Assembly (NCBI GenBank): GCA_963829245.1
Contig: CAWHIM010000037.1
Coordinates: 211,862-275,861 of the forward strand
Direction: 5' to 3'
Origin: an uncultured bacterium
Lineage (GTDB): Bacteria > Desulfobacterota > Deferrimicrobia > Deferrimicrobiales > Deferrimicrobiaceae
Length of the DNA stretch: 64,000 bases
Within the stretch, counting starts at the first letter, position 1, and each line of letters starts with the position of its first letter. The notes under the pieces are model-generated. The model saw only the letters and a program-made list of their open reading frames with translations. It did no database searches and was not told the DNA's origin. Below are positions 38,376 to 47,181 of this stretch, one piece after another. The translations under genes and the position numbers were made by a program.

Positions 38376-38402
38376 GGGCAGGGGGATCGTGTCCCCCTGC
38401 CC
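38376..38402 (-). terminator. hairpin terminator between the two small minus-strand genes
   Basis: GGGCAGGGGGA-TCGTG-TCCCCCTGCCC: a perfect 11-bp stem, 49 nt downstream of the stop at 38451. Confidence 0.5.
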
Positions 38403-38450
38403 ACCCGCTCGGGAAGCTCCTGAGAGGTTGGTACGTTTTCCAGAGATCGG

Positions 38451-38696
38451 TTACTTCTTCTCCGCAGGCGCTGCCGCAGGCGCTGCCTCGGGGGCCTTCT
38501 CCATCTTCTCCGCCTTCTTCTTCGCCGCCTTCTTCTTTGCCGCCTTCTTTGCCGCCTTCTTCTTCGTCACCTTCTTCTCCGCCTTCTCGCTCTTCTCCGC
38601 CTTCGGCGGCATCACGGCGTTGTCGGCCGCGAACGCGAAGCCGGTGACCGACATGGCGAAAGCAACGGCGAACAGTACTGACAGCAGTTTCTTCAT
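38451..38696 (-). CDS. small secreted Lys/Ala-rich (histone-H1-like low-complexity) protein
   Basis: MKKLLSVLFAVAFAMSVTGFAFA signal peptide, then KAEKSEKAEKKVTKKKAAKKAAKKKAAKKKAEKMEKAPEAAPAAAPAEKK. Confidence 0.55.
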   Translation of the reverse strand: MKKLLSVLFAVAFAMSVTGFAFAADNAVMPPKAEKSEKAEKKVTKKKAAKKAAKKKAAKKKAEKMEKAPEAAPAAAPAEKK

Positions 38697-38931
38697 TTCT
38701 TTCCCTCCGGGGAGATTTGGAATCACGAATTGTCCTTCAAGGACAGTGCCAAACCGATAAGGTAGTTCAACTAATTAATAATACATATCTATTCCATGTA
38801 ACCGGAAATCGCATATTGCGGCGGGTTCCCCAAAAGAGGTACCACTTCCTCTTTTGGGTGCTATGGATGATCCTGACGCATGGGGCGGACGATATTGTTC
38901 GCCCTCCAGTTCATGAAAATATCCGTGTCGG

Positions 38932-39735
38932 CTATTTCATGGCTTTTCCCTTGAAAAAAGTATAAATAAAAGTGCCGTCCTCCTCCGCAGTCCTGTACAA
39001 GTCCCTTATCCCTTTGTTCCAATCTGCCTCTTCCATCATGCCCGAACGTATCGCCTGCTCCTTGACGCCTTCGACCATTGCAATAAATGTTTTTTTCGTA
39101 AATCCCTCGACCAGATCCGGCTTGCTTGAATCAACGTAGATCGTTCGGGGAGATACGCTGATGTCGTCGAAGTTTGAATATTTTAATAATGGGTAAAGCT
39201 GTCTCCCGATCAGTGGATTTCCTCCCATCCCTGCCTGGATGTCGTCCAGGCACCGGATCACCTTTCTCGCGTCTCGACTTTCGGGATGAAAGTACGTGGA
39301 ACCTTGATCGCCTTCGATCACGGTGATCGTTCCCCCCCGTTTCAATACCCTTCGAAGATAGAGCAATGCTTCCAGCGGGTTCGGAAGATGTTCCAGGACG
39401 AAGCAGAGGAATAAATGGTCGAAGCTGTCATCCTCATACGGCAGATGGAAGATGTCGCTTTGACGAAACGTAACGTTCGTGATGCCTTGCGATGAGACAC
39501 GCTCTTTTGCGGCGCGAAGAGATTCCTCCGATACATCGACCGCGGTAAAATTCGCGTTGGGGCTATTACGCGCCAGAATAATCGTTTGCGCTCCAACGCC
39601 GCACCCCGCTTCCAGCACATTGCTTCCTGCCGGATACACTGTATCGGAGTGCAGGATGCCTGCCAGCGTGGTTGCCTGGTCAACCAGTCTAACGCTTTCC
39701 CTTGCCGAGTAACCGTGCACGTAGTTCTTGTTCAT
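38932..39735 (-). CDS. class I SAM-dependent methyltransferase
   Basis: ATG at 39735, in AT-rich DNA. Motif I VLEAGCGVGAQT, plus DHLFLCFVLEHLPNP and LKRGGTITVIE. Confidence 0.85.
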   Translation of the reverse strand: MNKNYVHGYSARESVRLVDQATTLAGILHSDTVYPAGSNVLEAGCGVGAQTIILARNSPNANFTAVDVSEESLRAAKERVSSQGITNVTFRQSDIFHLPYEDDSFDHLFLCFVLEHLPNPLEALLYLRRVLKRGGTITVIEGDQGSTYFHPESRDARKVIRCLDDIQAGMGGNPLIGRQLYPLLKYSNFDDISVSPRTIYVDSSKPDLVEGFTKKTFIAMVEGVKEQAIRSGMMEEADWNKGIRDLYRTAEEDGTFIYTFFKGKAMK

Positions 39736-39764
39736 CGAAAGATCGCTTTCTCCATCACGGCCCG

Positions 39765-40586
39765 CTACCGGTTCAGCAGGGAGGTCATCCGTTCCAGGTG
39801 TTTCCGTTCTTCCCGGGAGAGCGCCAGGAAAACCTCTCTGGACCGTTCGTCCGCGACGGCCCTCCCCATCTTGATATAACGGTCCAGGGCGTTCGCCTCC
39901 ATCGCGATGGAGAGTTCGAGGATCTCCTCCAGCGTCTTTCCTTTGGCCCACGCCAGCGTCTCTTTCAGCGGAGCTCCTCCCTCCAGAAATTCACCTGCCT
40001 CCATCCCTTCCAGGTGCGCGGGGTTTCCGCCCTTTCCGGAGACCCGGGCGTGAAGTTCACGGAGGGTTTCCTTGTGCCGCTCCTCCGCCTGGCCCATCGA
40101 CCGGAAGATCGAAGCGGCTTCCTCCTCTTTCAGGTCCTGGGAAATGCGCTCATAGAAGACGCGGTTCCCCTCCTCGAGAGCGAAGGATAGCGAAACCAGC
40201 TCTTCGGCCCGTGACGCCCGGGAGAAGTACGCAAGGCCTGCTTCATAAATCCCTTCCGCCACGACGCCGTTCCAGGCATCTATCCCTCCCGCCATGCTGT
40301 GTACCTGCGAAAAGCCGGCCTCCGAAAGCGTTGCCGCAGCGGCACGGCTGCGGACCCCGGCCTTTCAATAGGTGATGGTCGGCTTGGACCGGTCGAGGTC
40401 GCCGAGGCGATCCGTCAGCTCCGCCATCGGAATGAGCCGGGCTCCCGGAAGATGCCCGCTTTCGTACTCTCCCGGTTGTCGCACATCGACGAGATTGTAG
40501 GATTCGGCACTCTTTTCCCGAAGGAAAGCGCGGACCTCCCCGGCGGTCCATGTGGAAACGGGTTTGAAATAGTCGAAGATTCCCAA
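39765..40586 (-). CDS. selenocysteine-containing rhodanese fused to a ferritin/rubrerythrin-like di-iron domain (273 aa, Sec at codon 74, TGA 40367..40365)
   Basis: ORFs 40586->40365 and 40295->39765 are in frame. Read-through gives ...SKPTITY-U-KAGVRSRAAAATLSEAGFSQVHSMAGGIDAW, so the rhodanese active-site loop C-[RK]-x-G-x-R-[ST] has Cys replaced by TGA. The C-terminal domain has E...EERH...E...EERKH ligand spacing. Confidence 0.7.
40334..40353 (-). promoter_or_regulatory. putative bacterial SECIS hairpin for the rhodanese gene
   Basis: UGA + 11 nt + CCGCAGC-CGUGCC-GCUGCGG: a perfect 7-bp stem with a 6-nt loop containing GU. Confidence 0.5.
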
Positions 40587-40613
40587 GGCAAGCCCTCCTT
40601 CCTCCGGTTTCGT

Positions 40614-41748
40614 TCATTCCTCCCGCGATTCGCGGAGTTCTCCGGATACCTGGAATTTTCGCATGAATCTCAAGTCGAGGTAGTTCTTCAAGCGGAAGGC
40701 AAGCCGACCGCTCCAGACGATCTCTTTCCGCCGGAAAAGGCCCCTGCGATCTCCCAGGTTCAAGATCAGGAGATAGTCGCCCCCGGGATCGAATCGTTGA
40801 AGAGGCCTCCCGTCGAGAAACGCCGAAAGGTTTTGGTGGAGGGGGCGGTTCTGGCGCACGGCATAGACGCCGACCCGGGCCAGGGGGGATCCCGCCAGGG
40901 AGATGCAATCGCCGCCCCCGAACAGTTCAGGGTGGTCCACGCACTGCAGGTAATCGTTGACCAGCAGCCCCCCGTCCTCTCCCGTTGGAAGGCCCGAATT
41001 CCGAAAGAGCGGTGACGGGCTGATCCCGGTCGCGACGAACACCATGTCTCCCTCGAGAATCGCGCCGTTTTCCAACCGGATCCCTCCGTTGGCAATCGAT
41101 TCCGCGGAAACCCCCTCGATCGATTCGACCCCCCACCGGGCGAGGGCTCCTCGTGCCAGCGTACGCGCCTTCTCGGGGAAATCGCCAAGCACGTTCGACC
41201 GGGATACGAGAGTGATCCTTCCGATCCTGTCCGTTTCCTTCGCAAGATGCCCCAGATTTGCGGCAATTTCGACGGCCGCGGATCCTCCGCCCAGCACGAT
41301 GACGCGGATCCTCTTTCCGGCGTGGGCTTCCAGTATCTTCCTTCGCGCGGCAAGGATGTTCTCGATCGGCTTGACGGGAAAAACGTTATCGCCGGAGGGA
41401 TGGAGGAGATCCAATGGGACCGCGCTCCCCGTGTTGAAGGAGGCGGCATCGTACCGGACCTCGGATCCCGAACCGAGAACCAGGGCGCGCCGGACGGGAT
41501 CCACCAGGACCACGCGATCCTCGATGAACGTTGCCCCCCGGTCTTGCGCCATCTTTTTCACGTGGAAGCGGGCCTCGGCGGGCCGGTATATGCCCGGAGA
41601 GCAGGCCGGGACCCATTCCCGAATAGTAGTGATACGGGGAAGGGCCGATCAACGTGACGCGGTGCCCGGCCCGCACGGTATCCCGCAGGTTTGTCAGCGC
41701 CGTAAGGTGGGCGTGGCCGCCGCCCACGAATACCAAGTGCTTCGGCAT
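40614..41748 (-). pseudogene. FAD-dependent pyridine-nucleotide-disulfide oxidoreductase with one frameshift near 41585-41596
   Basis: The N-terminal part reads MPKHLVFVGGGHAHLTAL...RVTLIGPSPYHYYSGMGPGLLSGH in one frame. The continuation YRPAEARFHVKKMAQDRGATFIEDRVVLVD...VIVLGGGSAAVEIA...GGGDC is in another. Confidence 0.75.
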
Positions 41749-41970
41749 CTTCCCCTTTCCCGGTTCGAGGCCCCGTTGTTCTTACGGGTGACCCCCGAAA
41801 GGCGAATCCTGCAAGCTATCCTGGCTGAAAAATTTCGAGACGACTTTCTTCGCCCGCGGCGCCGGCGTTTCCATCAGCGATAAGAAACGCGAACAGTGGG
41901 CGACATTGGTAAACGGTTCCGGTGCTGATGGCACCCGAATTCCACCTCTCGAGTGGAACGGATGACCATG

Positions 41971-43077
41971 TCAACGATGTCGATGTGGCGCGAAAGCCTC
42001 CGGCACCTTGATCCGGGAAATCGTATATGTGCGGACATCCTCCTCGGGTTCGTCCCCCACAGTGGATGTCAGCGGAAGAGCGAGATTCGTCACGAACGCG
42101 CTGCCTTTTGAAAAAACGATGCTTGCCGGAAAGAGGAGTCCCCGGGGCGCACCATTTTCCCGGATGCCGAGGAAGTCGCCGAGGATTGCGACCACCCGCC
42201 CATTCCCGTTCAGCACCACGATTTCGTCAGCCTGGTTCGCAGCGACCCAGAGGTGTCCCGAAGTGTCGAAGGCGATTCCGTCAGCCCCGTTGATGCTTTC
42301 GGCGAAAACATCCACTTTTTTCGTCCCGAGATCCATCCGGAGTATCCGGTCGTCCCCGGTGTTGGCGATGAAAAGGCTCTTCTCGTCGGAGCTGAAAGCG
42401 ATCCCGTTTGCCCCAAAGGGGGGGAATCCCGTTGTCGCCAACAGCGCGTCGTGCGCGAACGTGGTGACGGGACAACTCACCGAGCAAATGTCGACGTGCT
42501 CGATCTGAAAGATCGCTCCCTGGAACGAATCGGAGACGAACAAGGAGCCATTGCTGTCGAAAGCCATTCCGTTCGGTGCGGAGGCATTGTTGCCGAAGTG
42601 GATCCCATCCTGGCTTCCATCCGGGTTGTCCACGGTCCGGTCCGGCGGGGCGCCGATGTGCGGAAGGAGGGCCACGTCCTCGATCGGGGTACCTTCATGA
42701 AAATCTGCGGGGATGCGCTGGATCTTCGATTGGGAACCCACCAGGTCCCCCGTGTTGCAGATGTACACCTTGCCGTCCGCCAGGTTGAATGCAAGACCCA
42801 GTAACGGTGTCCCCCCGAAATCCTTTTGCGAGACCAGCTTTCCGTTCGCCTTGAATCGAAGGAGCTTGTTGTTCCCATTGGAATCGAACGTGGCCACGAA
42901 GATTTCCCCGGTATCGGGATTGACTGCTATCCCTTCGGGGAACCGTATGCCATCGGGAAGCTGCACGAACTCCTTGGCGGCTAACCGGTCCACGATGAGC
43001 CCGCTGTCACCCCAGGCAACGATTGCCGATGCCGATAGCACAATGGATACCACCAGGCAAGATATCGTTTTTCGCAT
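41971..43077 (-). CDS. secreted beta-propeller protein (SMP-30/gluconolactonase/LRE-like)
   Basis: 368 aa with a signal peptide. Repeated PEGIAV / PNGMAFD / ANGIAFS / ADGIAFD blade motifs. Confidence 0.65.
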   Translation of the reverse strand: MRKTISCLVVSIVLSASAIVAWGDSGLIVDRLAAKEFVQLPDGIRFPEGIAVNPDTGEIFVATFDSNGNNKLLRFKANGKLVSQKDFGGTPLLGLAFNLADGKVYICNTGDLVGSQSKIQRIPADFHEGTPIEDVALLPHIGAPPDRTVDNPDGSQDGIHFGNNASAPNGMAFDSNGSLFVSDSFQGAIFQIEHVDICSVSCPVTTFAHDALLATTGFPPFGANGIAFSSDEKSLFIANTGDDRILRMDLGTKKVDVFAESINGADGIAFDTSGHLWVAANQADEIVVLNGNGRVVAILGDFLGIRENGAPRGLLFPASIVFSKGSAFVTNLALPLTSTVGDEPEEDVRTYTISRIKVPEAFAPHRHR

Positions 43078-43329
43078 GTTCTCCCCCCGATCGGATAAAA
43101 ATGTTCACCCACGTCAGACCATTCGACGCGCCGCCCCGAAGGTTGGTTTCTTGAAGTTGTCTTATTTGAAAGAGGATTCGATCCATATGCTCGATCTGTG
43201 ACTGTCTTGTGACCGGATTTCCTGCTTCCCCGTTGGACGAGCGGGAGATCCGGAGGATGGAATCGTCGCCACCCGCGGGGTGGTCTTCCTCCCGGTCCCC
43301 TTCGATCAGGCGCCTTGCGATGATCGGTT

Positions 43330-45054
43330 TTACGGAGACGAGGAACACCCCGGGGTCGAGGAACCCGCGGGATGGGTGGGGCGGGCCGCCTGTTCCGGCA
43401 CCGCCGTCTTCACGGGGTTGAACTGCTTCCACGTCGTGTAGCCGCCGCTCAGGTTCCATGCGCGGAACCCTCGCTGCCTCAGGATCCGTTCCGCGATATA
43501 TCCCCGGATGCCGACGGCGCAGTAGACGACGATGTCGCGGTCCCGCGGGAGCTCGGAGAGGCGCTCACGGATCTTCCCCAGCGGCATGAGCCTGGAGCCG
43601 GGAAGCGCGCCTGCTTTATGTTCCGCCGGCTCGCGGACATCGAGCAACAGGGAGTCCTGTGGAAGAGCGTCCGCATGGACCACCTGAGTTTCGCCGCGCA
43701 GAACGTTGGACGCCACGAACCCGGCGAAGTTGATCGGATCCTTGGCGGAACCGTACGGGGGAGCGTAGGCAAGTTCCAATTCCTGAAGGTCGTACACGGT
43801 CAACCCGGCCTGCATTGCGGTGGCGAGCACGTCGATCCGCTTGTCCACGCCGTCACGCCCGACGATCTGGGCGCCGAGGATCCGCCCTTCCCGCGTGAAC
43901 AGCAGCTTGAGATGCATCATCCGCGCGCCCGGATAATAAGTGGCGTGCGAATATGGATGGAGGTATGCCTTTACGTGCGCCACGCCCGCCTTCCGGAGAG
44001 CCTTTTCCGTCGCGCCGGTGCAGGCTGCCGTCATATCGAACACCTTGACCACAGAGGTGCCGAACGTGGTTTTGTACTCCCGCTCCGCGCCGAAGACGTT
44101 GTCGGCCGAGATTCGCCCCTGGCGGTTCGCCGGGCCGGCAAGAGGGATTTGGGACGAAAGGCCGAGAGCGTCCGTAACCTGGATGGCGTCGCCGATCGCG
44201 TAAATATCCGGGTGGCTTGTCTGCAGGCGGGTGTTGACGACGATTCCTCCCCGCTCTCCGATCGCAAGGCCGGCCGATTTCGCCAGGGACGTGTTCGGCC
44301 GGACGCCGATGGCAAAAACGACGAGATCCGCGGGGAGTTCCCTCCCGTCGCCAAGTCCGACGACGACCTCCGGAGTTCCGGAACCGTCCCGTTCCGCGAG
44401 GCGGCGAACGGCCGTCACCGTGCTCCCGAGCAGCACCTTGACGCCGTTTCGCTCCAGCTCCGCGATCAAAGGTTGCGCCATCTCGGGGTCCAGCGGAGGC
44501 ATGACCTGCGGCAGCATCTCCACCAGTGTCACTTCGACATTGCGCAGGCGAAGGTTCTCGGCCAGCTCCAGCCCCAGAAACCCGCCCCCCACCACGACGG
44601 CGCGTTGTATGCCGGCATCCACCCGCGCCTTGATCCGGTCCATGTCCGGCATCGTCCATAACATCATGACCGCCGGGTCGTCCGCCCCCGGGACATCGGG
44701 TCGGATCGGGCTTGCGCCAGTGGAGAGGATCAGCTTGTCGTAGCTTTCCGTGTACGTATTGCCTGTCGCCCGGTCCAGGATGGAGAGCGTGTGGGCCGCG
44801 GGCTCTACGGCTGTGACCTCGTGGCGTGTGCGCACATCCACGCCGGTTCGCGCATTGAACCGTTCCGGTGTCATGACCAGCAGGCTGTTGCGCCTTGGAA
44901 TGGCCCCACCCACGTGATACGGCAGGCCGCAGTTGGCAAACGATACGTACTCGCCCCGCTCGAACAGGACGATCTCCGCGGTTTCGTCCAGACGGCGCGC
45001 TCTTGCCGCAGCGCTGGCTCCCCCCGCCACTCCGCCGATGATGGCAACTTTCAT
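43330..45054 (-). CDS. CoA-disulfide reductase / NADH-dependent persulfide reductase with C-terminal rhodanese domain
   Basis: ATG 45054. MKVAIIGGVAGGASAAARARRL, redox Cys in SFANCGLPY, a second Rossmann motif VVVGGGFLGLELA, and a C-terminal rhodanese loop VVYCAVGIRG. Confidence 0.85.
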   Translation of the reverse strand: MKVAIIGGVAGGASAAARARRLDETAEIVLFERGEYVSFANCGLPYHVGGAIPRRNSLLVMTPERFNARTGVDVRTRHEVTAVEPAAHTLSILDRATGNTYTESYDKLILSTGASPIRPDVPGADDPAVMMLWTMPDMDRIKARVDAGIQRAVVVGGGFLGLELAENLRLRNVEVTLVEMLPQVMPPLDPEMAQPLIAELERNGVKVLLGSTVTAVRRLAERDGSGTPEVVVGLGDGRELPADLVVFAIGVRPNTSLAKSAGLAIGERGGIVVNTRLQTSHPDIYAIGDAIQVTDALGLSSQIPLAGPANRQGRISADNVFGAEREYKTTFGTSVVKVFDMTAACTGATEKALRKAGVAHVKAYLHPYSHATYYPGARMMHLKLLFTREGRILGAQIVGRDGVDKRIDVLATAMQAGLTVYDLQELELAYAPPYGSAKDPINFAGFVASNVLRGETQVVHADALPQDSLLLDVREPAEHKAGALPGSRLMPLGKIRERLSELPRDRDIVVYCAVGIRGYIAERILRQRGFRAWNLSGGYTTWKQFNPVKTAVPEQAARPTHPAGSSTPGCSSSP

Positions 45055-45563
45055 GGTGCCCCTCTTTCTATTGTGATTCGCCGGTGGTGTTTCAGGCATT
45101 CGAACGCGCCCCCAGTATATCCGTCCCGGCGGAAGGCGTGGGATGATAGGAGGGTGCATCCCACTGCCGCATGCGGCAAAGGAGATCTCCTCCGCCTCCG
45201 ACCCGTCTTTTCGTTTGGCGGGAGGCGATGACTGAAATTCGGGTTGTACCGGCAGGCCCCGGGCCGCTGAAGACGGAGGGGAGTGGCTCCAAAGGAGGTG
45301 ATGATAATCTCGACGTACTGTTGAAATTTTAAACTGATAATCTTCAAGAGATTCAACGCGTGGCAGGTAGCCTCCAAGAAGTGTAGAGAATATACACACA
45401 TTTCGGTTTTCCATCCCCCCTGGGATATGGTTGGTCATTTGCTATGGTTTCCCTTAATTAACAATATGTTATCTAATGTATGCGGGGGGTGGATCGAGAC
45501 TGGCATGGCTGATGCTGTAGATATTGATGCGGGAAGTGGGCTTCGCAGAGGGAGGTGGGAACG

Positions 45564-45644
45564 ATGGGGTACCTGGTGATCGGAATCGCGTACATCGTTC
45601 TGGCGGTGGCCGCCGTGGTGAAACCGCGGGCAGGGCATGCGTAA
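45564..45644 (+). CDS. possible 26-aa hydrophobic peptide upstream of the GcvH-like genes
   Basis: GGAGGTGGGAACG-ATG, then MGYLVIGIAYIVLAVAAVVKPRAGHA-TAA. Good SD spacing and a single TM-like helix. Too short to validate by eye. Confidence 0.3.
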   Translation: MGYLVIGIAYIVLAVAAVVKPRAGHA

Positions 45645-45701
45645 AACGTTCCGGGGAGTCGAGCGGATGAAACGAACCATTAGAGAAGAAGGGGTGCAGA
45701 G

Positions 45702-46412
45702 ATGAAAGAGACAAGGTGCCCTTTTCTGGAAACGAAAACCGTGACGTTCTGCAAGGCGTTCCCGTCGAAGATGATCCCGGTGAACCGGCTGTCCTCCTCG
45801 GGAGGCCTCTGCAACTCCTGCAACTTCGAGGAGTGCTCCCTGTACTGCGAGGTCCGGGGTGGCGGCATGGGGATGGAGCACGTTCGCGGATTCCATCTCA
45901 AGTCCGAGTACTACTACCACCCCAAGCACTTGTGGGTCGCCCCGTACGACGGAGAAGAGGGCGAGGCCCGGGTGGGGATCGACGACTTTTCGTCCCGGCT
46001 GATCGGAAGGGTCGACCGCGCATCGGTGCCCGCCGTCGGCGTGGCGGTGAAAGAGAACCACGTCTGCTTCCTCCTCCACTCCGGCCCGCGGACCGTCCAC
46101 CTGGTTTCACCCGCCGACGGGGTCATCAAGGCCGTCAACCCGAAGGTTGCCGCGGATCCCTCCATCCTCAACGACGATCCGTACTCCGAAGGCTGGATCT
46201 TCTCCATGCGGCTCAAAGGGGACGCGGTGAAGGGGTTGTACCACGAGAACGTCGCCCGGAAGTGGTTCGAAAGCGAGGTCGAACGGTTGCAGCGGGTCTT
46301 CTCTTCCGATTTGGGGATGCTGGCGACGGACGGGGGGGAGGCGCTCACGGATATCAGCAGCCGGTTGAACGACGCGCAATGGGGAAAGATCGTCAGTCAA
46401 TTTCTAGGGTAA
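45702..46412 (+). CDS. GcvH-like (glycine-cleavage H-fold) protein with Cys-rich N-terminus, no lipoyl-lysine
   Basis: N-terminus CPFLETKTVTFC...LCNSCNFEECSLYC. H-fold block HLWV...ARVGIDDFSSRLIGRVDRASVPAVG...VSPADGVIKAVNPKV..DP..NDDPYSEGWIF. The position of the ESVK lysine reads HSGP. Confidence 0.7.
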   Translation: MKETRCPFLETKTVTFCKAFPSKMIPVNRLSSSGGLCNSCNFEECSLYCEVRGGGMGMEHVRGFHLKSEYYYHPKHLWVAPYDGEEGEARVGIDDFSSRLIGRVDRASVPAVGVAVKENHVCFLLHSGPRTVHLVSPADGVIKAVNPKVAADPSILNDDPYSEGWIFSMRLKGDAVKGLYHENVARKWFESEVERLQRVFSSDLGMLATDGGEALTDISSRLNDAQWGKIVSQFLG

Positions 46413-46428
46413 GAGCAGGAGGTGCGCC

Positions 46429-47106
46429 ATGGTAGTCCTTCTCGTCGCAATCACGGTTCTCGCATGCATCGGGGTGGATCTGGCGCTCCGGCGGAGGGAA
46501 AAGGCGGCGGCGGAAGCCCGGTCCGTCGTCCGGGAGCCGGCCGCGCTGTTCCCTTCCCATGCGGCCCAGGAACTTCCCGGCGGCCTGTTCGTCCACGGCG
46601 GCCACACCTGGGCGAAGCTCGATTCCTCCGGCTCCGTACAGGTGGGCCTGGACGGTTTCGCGCAGGGAATCCTCGGAAGGGTCGACCGGTTCGAGCTTCC
46701 CGCGGACGGGGCGACGCTTCGCCAGGGCGAGCCGGCGTTCGCCGCCCTCCAGTCGGGCAAGCGGATCGAGTTCGTGTCCCCCGTCGACGGCGTCGTTTGC
46801 GCGGTGAATGAACGGATCAACGTCGACCCGGCGGCGGCGCGGAAGGAGCCCTACGAGAAGGGATGGGCGTTCATGCTCCGGCCGTCCAACCTCTCCCGGG
46901 ACCTGAAGAAGCTCCGGATCGGCGCGGAAGCCGCGGCGTGGCTGGAAAGGGAAGCCAGGAGTTTCACCGAGTTCCTCTCCCTGCACCGGGCGGTGCCCGC
47001 GGAAGTGGGGGCCACCCTGGCGGACGGAGGGATTCATGCCGAGGGAATCATGGAGACGATGGACGGAGAGATCCTGCAGATCGCGATCCGGAAATATTTT
47101 CGCTGA
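46429..47106 (+). CDS. membrane-anchored GcvH-like protein (paralog 2)
   Basis: AGGAGG before the ATG. N-terminal TM helix MVVLLVAITVLACIGV. H-fold block GHTWAKL...VQVGLDGFAQGILGRVDRFELPADG...VSPVDGVVCAVNERI...EPYEKGWAF. Confidence 0.7.
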   Translation: MVVLLVAITVLACIGVDLALRRREKAAAEARSVVREPAALFPSHAAQELPGGLFVHGGHTWAKLDSSGSVQVGLDGFAQGILGRVDRFELPADGATLRQGEPAFAALQSGKRIEFVSPVDGVVCAVNERINVDPAAARKEPYEKGWAFMLRPSNLSRDLKKLRIGAEAAAWLEREARSFTEFLSLHRAVPAEVGATLADGGIHAEGIMETMDGEILQIAIRKYFR

Positions 47107-47181
47107 CGTCGGATGCCCGTGTTCGGCGAGGCGCATGAGGGTCGTAGAGGAAGAAACGGCGGAAGACGCGGAGGTAGTGAG

